Of a DNA stretch of 34,967 nucleotides, positions 1 through 8,587 are shown in pieces; position 1 is the first letter of the stretch, and each line of letters begins with the position of its first letter. The position numbers and the translations under genes are program-made. The stretch is from a bacterium (lineage in GTDB: Bacteria; Babelota; Babeliae; Babelales; GCA-2401785): NCBI GenBank assembly GCA_018656485.1, contig JABIAA010000075.1, positions 1 to 34,967 on the forward strand. The letters are read 5' to 3'. A model generated the notes under the pieces. That model saw only the letters and a list, made by a program, of their open reading frames with translations, did no database searches and was not told the origin of the DNA.

Positions 1-1
1 A

Positions 2-1435
2 AGAGGCAAAGAATTCCGCGCAAAAACCGTGATCATCGCCTGTGGAACCTTCGCCAACTCGACGGTACACATCGCCGAGGAGGTTCGTCACGTCGGACCC
101 GAGGGGCTGCCGTCCGCAAAAAAATTGTCAAAGTCCATCGAGAATGCCCTGGGGAAAAAACTTGGGCGGCTCAAGACTGGCACACCCCCAAGAATTTTGA
201 AATCGAGCATCGATTATTCTCGGCTAGAAAAACAGGACGCGACCAAACTCGATCAGCTCTTCGAATTCCGCCAGGTCCCCGTAGAGGAAAAAGTCCCCTG
301 CTACATCGCGCGCACAAATGAAAAAACAAACCGAGTCATCGAGGCCGGCATTGACCGCTCTGCTTCGTTCAGCGGAGCCATCATTGGAACCGGTCCGCGC
401 TACTGCCCGTCGATCGAGCACAAAGTTGCTCGCTACCCCGAGCGGCTGTCGCATCACGTGTTCGTCGAACCGGAGGATTCCGTGTCAGAGGAAGTTTATC
501 CCGCCGGGCTTTACACCTCTCTTCCACGTGAGGTACAAGATGCGATGATCAACAGCATGATCGGATTCGAAAACGCAAAAATTACAAAGTACGGCTACGC
601 AATCGAGTACGACTTCATCCAGCCGAACCTCCTCAAAAAAACACTCGAAGCAAAAAATGTCTCCGGGCTTTTCTTTGCCGGGCAAATCAACGGAACGACA
701 GGCTACGAAGAAGCCGCAGGCCAAGGACTCGTCGCAGGAATTAATGCAGCACTGAAAGTTCAATGCAAAAAGCCTTTCACGCTCGACCGTTCGGAATCGT
801 ACATCGGTGTCATGATCGACGACACCACAACGCTCGGAACCAACGAACCATACCGAATGTTCACTTCGCGCGCTGAACGCCGGCTCATCCTCCGGCAAGA
901 CAATGTTTTCTCACGGCTCATGCCCAAAGCCCGTGAACTCGGCTTGATCGACGATGAAACCTGGAAACTATTTCTGGCCGAGGAAGCAACAATCGCCGCA
1001 GGCAAAAAACTCGTCTTTGAACAAAAGCCACACGACGAGCTATACAAAAAATTCGATGTCCAATCGTTCGATTCCGAGGCGCGAGAAGCCGCGCGAGAAT
1101 CTTTGAAAGAAGTTATTTCAGTCGCAGAAATTTCAAGCCGCGCGCTCACACAAATCCACGCGGAAGTCCGCTACTACGGCTACCTCGAAAAAGAAATTAA
1201 AGAAGCTGAGAAACTTGTAAAATATCGAGACATGAAAATTCCACAAAACTTTCGCTATCGCGATCTTCCTGGCCTCAGCATGGAATTGCAGGAAAAGCTC
1301 GAAGCCGTCCGCCCCGACAGCATCGCCAATGCAATGCTCATTCCCGGAATGACCCCATCCGCCATCACCCTACTGATATTCCAGGGAAACAGAAAGATAC
1401 TTCAATCTGAAAAAACAACCCGTAAAATTACGTAA
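2..1435 (+). CDS. mnmG: tRNA uridine 5-carboxymethylaminomethyl modification enzyme MnmG (GidA), 5' end outside window
   Basis: The frame is open to the window edge (from pos 2: RGKEFRAKTVIIACGTF...), so the GTG at 29 is not the true start. MnmG hallmarks are present: GTGPRYCPSIE, YAIEYDF, LFFAGQINGTTGYEEAAGQGLVAGINAA, and the C-terminal PGMTPSA helix region. Confidence 0.95.
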   Translation, partial: RGKEFRAKTVIIACGTFANSTVHIAEEVRHVGPEGLPSAKKLSKSIENALGKKLGRLKTGTPPRILKSSIDYSRLEKQDATKLDQLFEFRQVPVEEKVPCYIARTNEKTNRVIEAGIDRSASFSGAIIGTGPRYCPSIEHKVARYPERLSHHVFVEPEDSVSEEVYPAGLYTSLPREVQDAMINSMIGFENAKITKYGYAIEYDFIQPNLLKKTLEAKNVSGLFFAGQINGTTGYEEAAGQGLVAGINAALKVQCKKPFTLDRSESYIGVMIDDTTTLGTNEPYRMFTSRAERRLILRQDNVFSRLMPKARELGLIDDETWKLFLAEEATIAAGKKLVFEQKPHDELYKKFDVQSFDSEAREAARESLKEVISVAEISSRALTQIHAEVRYYGYLEKEIKEAEKLVKYRDMKIPQNFRYRDLPGLSMELQEKLEAVRPDSIANAMLIPGMTPSAITLLIFQGNRKILQSEKTTRKIT

Positions 1436-1543
1436 AACATTTGAAAAAAGCATATAAACAACCACCCATAAGACAATTCTGGAATGTGTAACTATAGTCG
1501 ATTCAGAACTATAAAACAGATGTCTTTCTGAAAGCGCAAAGCT

Positions 1544-2494
1544 ATGAACCGTTCAATAATAATAAAATCCCTAGCAATCTTGTTATTTGCAGGACAAATG
1601 CATGCTGGAGTCACTGGTCTGTTTTATGACCTTGTCGGAACAGGAACAAATACAGCAAAATGGCTGCTCAATCGATTTACACCTCAAAAGAATGTTTCTT
1701 TTATTTACCCAATGGCCCCACCAGTTGAAACGGATGATTCATATGGCTTTTACACATTAAAAAAATACAGACTTCCAAACGGCTCAATCGTAAGCAATGA
1801 GCCTGACAATGAACCGATAATCCTAGATGGCTCACAGGATGGTTCGATTAGCATCGCACATTACCACATGTACAAGTACTGCGCATATCCAGAAAACTAC
1901 GTGATTCTTCCAAGCGGAACCGTTCCTCCACCCCTTTTGTGGAAAGGTAGCCCCAAAGACATTTCTAACAACCAAAAACAATACATAATCTATCCACAAG
2001 GAACAAAGTTAACTAGAAAACATTTTGACGCTCCAGATGGTTCGCTACTGTACAATGAAAAATCAAGATCATGGACCCAAATGAGAGATGAAATCGGCGA
2101 TGTCGTTTTATCTACAATTGCAATTCCATACAAAAAAGATTTTCTCTTGGATGTAGAAGAAACAGAACAACAAAATGAAAGCGCGACATCATTTTTAGAC
2201 GATGAAGGAATGTTTATGATGGGTGGCGGAATCACCCAAAATGCGTATGTTTATTTAGAAAGAGATTTTCACATTCCAATCCCAAGGGGGGGAAATAAAC
2301 TTGAAAAGCTTGAAACACATTCTATAATTCCTGAAGGAAAATCAATTTCAACTAAAGCAATTGGAACAAAAGATTGCCCAGAATTTATGAGCACATTTCC
2401 ACCCGGAACATTTCTTCCACCACATACTGATATTCCAATGAGCACGATCCGCCCGGCCAACAGTGGAATTGCAGATTTTAATTACACACACTAG
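1544..2494 (+). CDS. Secreted hypothetical protein, family A (copy 1)
   Basis: ATG start and N-terminal signal peptide MNRSIIIKSLAILLFAGQMHAG. It is collinear with the 4559-5332 product (YPMxPPVETxxxYGFY, YRLPNxS, CAYPxxYxxLPxxxVPxPLLW, IYPxGT, LPNGSL/APDGSL, VAIPI/IAIPY). I recognise no known domain. Confidence 0.75.
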   Translation: MNRSIIIKSLAILLFAGQMHAGVTGLFYDLVGTGTNTAKWLLNRFTPQKNVSFIYPMAPPVETDDSYGFYTLKKYRLPNGSIVSNEPDNEPIILDGSQDGSISIAHYHMYKYCAYPENYVILPSGTVPPPLLWKGSPKDISNNQKQYIIYPQGTKLTRKHFDAPDGSLLYNEKSRSWTQMRDEIGDVVLSTIAIPYKKDFLLDVEETEQQNESATSFLDDEGMFMMGGGITQNAYVYLERDFHIPIPRGGNKLEKLETHSIIPEGKSISTKAIGTKDCPEFMSTFPPGTFLPPHTDIPMSTIRPANSGIADFNYTH

Positions 2495-2631
2495 AAATGC
2501 ATATCCCGAACATAAACAATTCATCAAGTTATTCATCCGCTAGTTATAATTAGATTATCGACTTTTCAATCGCAGAAGTTGTAAATTTTTATTTCGGAAG
2601 GACCAGGGCATGATGGAGGGGGGAAACCATC

Positions 2632-3261
2632 ATGGGAACGACCGTTTTACTTATCGCGCTCACAATTTTGTTATCAAATTTTTCAAACGCAGCAAAACCT
2701 CCAGATATTCCGCATTTCAAATTCTTAAAAATAAAGGCCCCAGACGAATGCAAAATATTCTTCCATGCACTTTGGCGAGGGACACAACAAGGCGCAACTT
2801 TCGAAGAAATCGAATACTTTAAAGAAGCTGTCAGACTCGTGCAACTCGACTGTAGTAACCTTGAAATAGAAGAACTTCCCCAATGTATTGGGAGCTTGGT
2901 CAATCTACGAATTTTAAAACTCAAAAGAAATCGGCTACAAAGCCTTCCTAAAGAAATTGGAAACCTAAAATTTCTAGGGCACCTAAACCTTTCTTACAAC
3001 CAACTTGAAGAACTTCCATGTGAAGTTGGACGACTCGAAAATCTCATTGGATTGAATGTAAAAAACAACAAGCTAGAAACTGTGCCTGAAGAAATCGGAG
3101 GGCTCCGCCTCATGGCACTTCTAAACCTCGCAAACAACAATATTAGCCATCTTCCATTATCACTAGGACTTCTGACGAACCTCCGTCGAGTAAAATTGAA
3201 AGGAAATCCATTTGGCAGCAAAGCACAACTTCAAAATCTAATGAAGCTTCTCAAGCGATAA
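2632..3261 (+). CDS. Secreted leucine-rich-repeat protein (LRR-1)
   Basis: A GGAGGGGGG Shine-Dalgarno lies 7 nt before the ATG, followed by signal peptide MGTTVLLIALTILLSNFSNA. At least 6 canonical LxxLxLxxNxLxxLPxEIGxL repeats are visible (e.g. LRILKLKRNRLQSLPKEIGNLKFLGHLNLSYNQLEELPCEVGRLENL). Confidence 0.85.
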   Translation: MGTTVLLIALTILLSNFSNAAKPPDIPHFKFLKIKAPDECKIFFHALWRGTQQGATFEEIEYFKEAVRLVQLDCSNLEIEELPQCIGSLVNLRILKLKRNRLQSLPKEIGNLKFLGHLNLSYNQLEELPCEVGRLENLIGLNVKNNKLETVPEEIGGLRLMALLNLANNNISHLPLSLGLLTNLRRVKLKGNPFGSKAQLQNLMKLLKR

Positions 3262-3263
3262 AA

Positions 3264-3506
3264 TTAGTCCCTCGACTTTGGACTTACAAATTTGTAAAGT
3301 GCTACAAAATCGGGAAGCTCAAATATCTTTCTCTCGACAACAATAAAATTAAAATCCTACCCAAAGAAATCACCAGACTACAAAATCTCGTGTGGCTCAG
3401 CCTCGATGGGAATCAAATCAATTTTGTACATACAGAAATCACAGATTGGCTAAGCAAATTTTACAAAAAAGATGAGTGGTCATTCATTCGCACCGATGCA
3501 ACCTAA
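3264..3506 (+). pseudogene. 3' fragment of an LRR paralogue (no start codon, no signal peptide)
   Basis: It lies in a different frame from LRR-1, directly after that gene's stop. The translation reads ...IGKLKYLSLDNNKIKILPKEITRLQNLVWLSLDGNQINFVHTEITDWLSKFYKKDEWSFIRTDAT*, which gives two clean LRR units and a tail but no ATG/GTG with an RBS. Confidence 0.5.
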
Positions 3507-3594
3507 TTTGCCTTGACTTCCAAAGCGAGTTTTTGTAGAGTTCTACGCAGCAAACGGCTCGCTCGCATTTTTTCAAAACAAAGGAACCCACGAC

Positions 3595-4395
3595 ATGAAA
3601 AAATTATTGTTACTCCTCACCGCTGTTGCCCTCGCATCATGTTCGACAAATGCGATGATGGAAGACACCGAAACAGGATCATCTTCCCAGAGACCTTTTG
3701 AAGGGTTCAGCTTTGCAAGACAACACGCGATGGAATCGTTGCTGGAATTTCCTGTAATTCCTCCAAATGGCATTGTAAAAATAAAAAGCCAAAAAGAGTA
3801 CTTCGCATTCTTTTCAATTCTTGAAGGCATAGCGCAAAATCATATAACACCAACCCATGAAGAACAACGATACTTTAAATGGGCAAAGGAAATAAAAGCA
3901 CTTTCATGCCCGAATCTTGGAGTTACCGAACTTCCAAAAGAAGTTGAACTGCTCACAAATCTTACTTTATTAGACCTAAGAGACAACAGGATCAAAGAAC
4001 TGCCAGGTGAAATTGGAAATCTTTCTGACCTCGAATCACTGTACGTCCGCGGAAACCCACTCGAGCGTCTCCCGGAGGAAATCTGTAAGCTGAAAAAAGT
4101 AAAAGTAGACATCTGCCCTGGTTCAGGAATCCTAGATCCAGGCTCTTTTCTCCACATCATGGAACTTACACGACTTGATATTGATATTAACTACAACAAA
4201 TTCACAAAGATTCCACCAAAAAATGGGAAACTTGCCAATCTTAAGTGGCTTAATTTACAGCCGCGCAGCGAACCAGTTGTCCGGACCTGGATCAATGTGA
4301 AAAGCACGCATAATGGGGTAGCAGGGGAAAAACCAGCCCCATCATCTGGCAGTGTACGAACAACCACACCGGACGACGACATTTACCGCATGTAA
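3595..4395 (+). CDS. LRR lipoprotein (LRR-2)
   Basis: ATG start; MKKLLLLLTAVALASC carries a canonical lipobox (L-A-S-C). LRR units are visible (LTLLDLRDNRIKELPGEIGNLSDLESLYVRGNPLERLPEEI). The pre-LRR segment is collinear with LRR-1 (EYFKxA...L.C.NL...ELP). Confidence 0.85.
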   Translation: MKKLLLLLTAVALASCSTNAMMEDTETGSSSQRPFEGFSFARQHAMESLLEFPVIPPNGIVKIKSQKEYFAFFSILEGIAQNHITPTHEEQRYFKWAKEIKALSCPNLGVTELPKEVELLTNLTLLDLRDNRIKELPGEIGNLSDLESLYVRGNPLERLPEEICKLKKVKVDICPGSGILDPGSFLHIMELTRLDIDINYNKFTKIPPKNGKLANLKWLNLQPRSEPVVRTWINVKSTHNGVAGEKPAPSSGSVRTTTPDDDIYRM

Positions 4396-4558
4396 GAACC
4401 AGTGGCAACGTACGTCAGAAACACAAACACAGAATAGAAAAAGAAAAATTCTAGATCACAACTTAAAAACACCATGCCATCGGAAGGAAGCAACTTCATA
4501 ACAACAAATCATTGTGCGATCACAATTTAATGTATTTTTTTATCGGGAAGGATAAATC

Positions 4559-5332
4559 GTGAACAAGTTATCAATAACAAAATATGTCGCATTGATGTTA
4601 CTCGCCGGACAGACACATGCAGGCTTCGAATATCCAATGAAACCACCTGTGGAAACAAATAATGAATACGGATTTTATCTTTTAAACGACAAGCAATACC
4701 GACTCCCAAATGATTCCGTCCTAAAAAATGAATGGTGTGGAAGAGCGCGCAACACTCGTCTCGATGGAACAAAAGACACCATGGTTGGAAAAGCCCTGCA
4801 CTTCATGTACAAAAACTGCGCATACCCAACAGCATATGCACTTCTTCCTGACAGCTATGTTCCAGCGCCTCTCTTGTGGAAGGAAAACCCTTGTTCTGAT
4901 TCCGAAAACTCAACTCAATACGCAATCTACCCAAAGGGAACCGAAGTCGCTGTCGAAAACTATTATTTACCAAATGGATCATTGATGTACGTTGAAAAAA
5001 ATGAAAAATGGTTTCCAATAAGTGGAAGTGTTTATTCCCGGTTCACAGTCACAGTTGCAATTCCGATCAGCAATGAAGAAGCGCTTCCACAAGTAAGACC
5101 AGTCTATCAACACAAAGATGATTTTTCATTTCAAATTGACCGCTGCGGAGGACTTCTGATCGCTGGAGGACAAACCCAAGATGCATGGATTTCTTTGCCA
5201 TTCGACCTCAAAATTTCAGATAAAAAAACATTCCCTGCTGAAACACCTATTCCACCTTCAACTTTTCTCCAGCCGGGCACAGAACTCAAAAATACAAATT
5301 GCGGGGTCGTTGATTTAAACTCAACACGCTAA
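4559..5332 (+). CDS. Secreted hypothetical protein, family A (copy 2)
   Basis: GTG start 8 nt after GGGAAGGA, with signal peptide ...LMLLAGQTHAG. It is a paralogue of 1544-2494 along its whole length. Confidence 0.75.
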   Translation: MNKLSITKYVALMLLAGQTHAGFEYPMKPPVETNNEYGFYLLNDKQYRLPNDSVLKNEWCGRARNTRLDGTKDTMVGKALHFMYKNCAYPTAYALLPDSYVPAPLLWKENPCSDSENSTQYAIYPKGTEVAVENYYLPNGSLMYVEKNEKWFPISGSVYSRFTVTVAIPISNEEALPQVRPVYQHKDDFSFQIDRCGGLLIAGGQTQDAWISLPFDLKISDKKTFPAETPIPPSTFLQPGTELKNTNCGVVDLNSTR

Positions 5333-5421
5333 ACAAAAACACTGACAACAGTAGACATTAAAAAAGGCCTGTGCAAAACTCCGTGCAATGATTTCTAACA
5401 AGTCATTGGGAAGGCGTTTTT

Positions 5422-6555
5422 GTGAAAAGATTTTGTAAGCTTTTTATGCACAGGCTTTTTGCTATCCTTATCGCGGTTTTATTGATCTTATCGTCCTCCG
5501 ACGCCAGCATCTTTTTTCATGACGGAACCTTTTTCCCGTTCGGCGATATTCACGGATGTAAAAAACTAGTTGAATCAACGTGCGCAATGCGAGAGTCCAT
5601 GTTAGGGGGCCACACGTACGACGAACCGGTCACAACAGAAAGAAATAAAGTCACAACTTTCATCGCAAATTACATGGCTCTGCCTGCTGTCGGAGCAGCC
5701 GTCCTCGCAACCATTGCATGTCATTTGTCACGTGTGGGAGAAAAAAGAAGAGCTTGTGGAATAGCAGCAGAACAAAACAAAAAGCTTCTCAAAATCCTTG
5801 GAGGTATCGAATTAATCTCTGCGGCGACAACCGCTGCAGCATTGGGTTGCTACCTCAAAGAAAGATTTCTATATCGCGTTCTGGAAAGTGATATAAAGTT
5901 TCCAATGGACGACAAACTCGCATATCAAAACCAACTTCCAATGGGCGAAGAAAGAACACAAACCTCGAGTGCAGCAATCCCGTTCGCCGCAAGATTTTTC
6001 GCGGAAGTTGATGGGGGAGAAGAAATCAAAATCGAATGGGTCGATGCCAACTTTTTAGACAAAAACATAGACGATAAAGTAGAGCGAAAAACAAAAACGA
6101 TCACAGCGAAGCAGGCAAAGAAATTCTTGGAAAGCTACTCGGACTGCGTCAGCAACATGGAATACTTTCAAAAAGAGGTATGCCGCAGTTATCGTAGATC
6201 GAGCATTACACTTAATGAGTTTTGTGCATCCGCAATGGCAAATGCCGCGAAATCTATTTACAAAGCGCTTGGTGAAGAAATTCCAAGAGAGCTAAAAAGT
6301 TTCAACGCCAGAGAATATTCCATCTTTCCACCACTGAGAAAAATTCCATACATCATTCACGAATTCGGACCACTCGCGACAGAACTTGCTCGCATTGCCC
6401 TGAAAAATTGTGACGGAAAATTAAAACACGTCGCAAACTACCTAAAATTAAAACCATGGAAGATGCCAGAAGTCTACCTGGCAACCGAACCAGAAAACAT
6501 GAACAACATCCATATCACAGTCACATACACAGTGACACACTATTACTACTACTAG
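5422..6555 (+). CDS. Membrane protein, family C (copy 1): N-terminal hydrophobic leader plus two internal TM helices
   Basis: GTG start after GGGAAGG (ATG at 5446 is an alternative). Hydrophobic segments are FAILIAVLLILSS, FIANYMALPAVGAAVLATIACHL and LGGIELISAATTAAALGCYL. It is collinear with 6648-7823. Confidence 0.7.
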   Translation: MKRFCKLFMHRLFAILIAVLLILSSSDASIFFHDGTFFPFGDIHGCKKLVESTCAMRESMLGGHTYDEPVTTERNKVTTFIANYMALPAVGAAVLATIACHLSRVGEKRRACGIAAEQNKKLLKILGGIELISAATTAAALGCYLKERFLYRVLESDIKFPMDDKLAYQNQLPMGEERTQTSSAAIPFAARFFAEVDGGEEIKIEWVDANFLDKNIDDKVERKTKTITAKQAKKFLESYSDCVSNMEYFQKEVCRSYRRSSITLNEFCASAMANAAKSIYKALGEEIPRELKSFNAREYSIFPPLRKIPYIIHEFGPLATELARIALKNCDGKLKHVANYLKLKPWKMPEVYLATEPENMNNIHITVTYTVTHYYYY

Positions 6556-6647
6556 GCAGAGGCCGCCAGGGAACCACATAGAAATTTTATCTTTCTGATG
6601 TAAAATGAACTGACCGTTGGCATGGACTAAAACTTCGGGGAGAAGGA

Positions 6648-7823
6648 ATGTCACGCAAGATCTTTGTAATGATTGCGATTGTAGGGTTGGCAAGTACATG
6701 TACAGCTGAACGAGGTGGTGCACCGCCTCGGGACACTCTTGCCGAATTGTTCACACAAATTTGGCCATTCGGAAAAATAAAAACAACCGACTCACTAGTT
6801 CGCCACACACTCGCAATGAATCAATCTATGCTGGATAAAACAACATATGATGACATGCGTAACGCAAAAATTCTTTCGGGAATTCCACGCTGGACTATTT
6901 TGCTAGGACTTCCCGCAATTGCATTTCTTGCAGCGACAGCCAAAGATAAATTTGTCCCTCAAAAAAACAACGCAATGCTATGTGCGACAGCAACGCTTGC
7001 AGGACTTCTTGCGGGGATTTACATCGACAAGAGAGTAAACTACCGCGTCAAAGACGAAGACATCACGATCGATCCAACAAACACTTTTGCACACCAAAGA
7101 ATTCTGCCACTCGGCTCGATTGAAAAAAAAACATCGTGGGCAGCTTTGGTACTCGCGTCGTATTGCTACAACGAACTTTGTGAACAAAATTCCACCAATA
7201 AACCGAGCACGGCATGGGTTCAGATAAAAAATTCATGGCTCGAACGCCAGAAAAACCAACCCCAACAGCCGGCCAATACGGTATCATTCAAAGTTGAAGA
7301 CGAGAACAAAGAGCAAGAAAAAGAGGCAGACGCCCCCACCTCGTACAAGTGGAACGGAAACAATTTTCTCGCATCATTTTTAACTGGGCACATTGCCAAA
7401 GCAATTTCAATATTCGAAACATGGAACAGGAACGGAACAACAACACTTCATGAAAACGACGCTAAAATAATTGCAGGGGTAGCACTCGGACTTTTGGATT
7501 TTGCCCACGACACAAAACTCATCGACGAAAAACACCCACCCGTAACCAACTTTTCTCAAATCGCAGGACTTATTGCAATATCACATAGCATCATCAGCTT
7601 CCTCGGAGATGGCGCATTCGAACTCGCGTACAACGCTCTCGAAAAAGCCTCGGGAAAATACAAAAGTGCCGCACAGTATTTAAGATTAGAACCACCAACT
7701 GTTAGTAGCGAAAACCGCAGAATTTACAACTGCTTTTACGTTCCAATCAAAACAACATTGGCCGATTCATCAACCGTCGTAGTCGACCGCGACCAGGCTG
7801 AACCTGGCCCCACAGACAACTAA
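6648..7823 (+). CDS. Membrane protein, family C (copy 2)
   Basis: ATG start after GGGGAGAAGGA. It shares motifs with copy 1: (F/W)PFGxI, AMxxSMLxxxTYDD/E, two closely spaced TM helices (WTILLGLPAIAFLAATA / MLCATATLAGLLAGIYI), YRVxxxDI and a C-terminal YL(K/R)L(K/E)P. Confidence 0.7.
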   Translation: MSRKIFVMIAIVGLASTCTAERGGAPPRDTLAELFTQIWPFGKIKTTDSLVRHTLAMNQSMLDKTTYDDMRNAKILSGIPRWTILLGLPAIAFLAATAKDKFVPQKNNAMLCATATLAGLLAGIYIDKRVNYRVKDEDITIDPTNTFAHQRILPLGSIEKKTSWAALVLASYCYNELCEQNSTNKPSTAWVQIKNSWLERQKNQPQQPANTVSFKVEDENKEQEKEADAPTSYKWNGNNFLASFLTGHIAKAISIFETWNRNGTTTLHENDAKIIAGVALGLLDFAHDTKLIDEKHPPVTNFSQIAGLIAISHSIISFLGDGAFELAYNALEKASGKYKSAAQYLRLEPPTVSSENRRIYNCFYVPIKTTLADSSTVVVDRDQAEPGPTDN

Positions 7824-7906
7824 CTTTACAAAGGATTGCCAATTAAAAAGTTATTGGTATGCTTCGCAACATCAAGCAGCGATAAAAATAATCCGAAAGG
7901 CACCAA

Positions 7907-8587
7907 ATGAAAAAATTAATCTTGATAGTAGGCTTTGCGGTTGCATCGACACTTTGCCAAGCCCAAACAAAAATCAGCGTTATAACCTTCAGCACCCTTT
8001 CATCGCTTATCATGGAATTAAAAAATGGGCTCAACGTAAAGGCAAAAGATGTTCTCGATGACGATACAATAAAAGCAGCCAATTCAAAACAGCCGCAAGA
8101 ATTCGTAGAACGCGCAACAAACTATCTAATTGAAGACAAAAAAGAACAAATAATACTCTTAGAAAAAATATCCGAAAGTGATCTGGGAACATGGATTCCG
8201 TGCCTTACCTTCAATGGAATCGGGAAATATCAATCTGACTTTTTATACGCATATCCATCCGAAGAAAGAGAACAGCTAATTAATGGGCTACATGGACAAC
8301 ATCCATATGCATTTTGGGAAGCGCTCTTCGTGGAACATTCAAAAAAAATAACCACAGCTCCAGGAACATTTGCAAACGAAATGAGCCAGTGGCTTAATTC
8401 AAGCCAAATTCCTGTTCCTGTCCCACGATTCATTGGAAAACTATTTGGGCAGCAGTTGTACCATTATAAAACCCAAAAAGCTCCACCAACATTCACGATT
8501 GCCTGTTGTTTCTCTGGAATACCAATAGAATACTCTGCGGACGTCAAAGAACCCTTTTTGGATATTGAAGAAATTGAGCAATCTTAA
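7907..8587 (+). CDS. Secreted hypothetical protein (orphan)
   Basis: ATG start and signal peptide MKKLILIVGFAVASTLCQAQ. There is no paralogue in the window and no motif I recognise. Confidence 0.65.
   Translation: MKKLILIVGFAVASTLCQAQTKISVITFSTLSSLIMELKNGLNVKAKDVLDDDTIKAANSKQPQEFVERATNYLIEDKKEQIILLEKISESDLGTWIPCLTFNGIGKYQSDFLYAYPSEEREQLINGLHGQHPYAFWEALFVEHSKKITTAPGTFANEMSQWLNSSQIPVPVPRFIGKLFGQQLYHYKTQKAPPTFTIACCFSGIPIEYSADVKEPFLDIEEIEQS

Noticed and set aside
485-1149. Antisense ORFs within mnmG (485-898 and 760-1149, minus strand) and similar 60-130-aa antisense ORFs across the window.
   Set aside because: They are fully embedded in strongly supported + strand genes and have no start context or homology signal. 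They are typical shadow ORFs.
2610-2822. A 70-aa ORF starting at ATG 2610, just after a GGAAGG motif.
   Set aside because: It is in a different frame from the LRR gene, has low-complexity unconvincing content, and overlaps the well-supported 2632 ORF, which has its own GGAGGGGGG RBS.
7117-7131. A8-A9 homopolymer tracts inside CDSs (near 7125, 13628, 20726, 28521, 28782 and 33779) as slipped-strand phase-variation switches.
   Set aside because: The tracts are at most ~9 nt and correspond to runs of Lys (AAA) codons. The genome is strongly A-rich on the coding strand, so such tracts are expected by composition. Without population data showing length variation I would not call them contingency loci.
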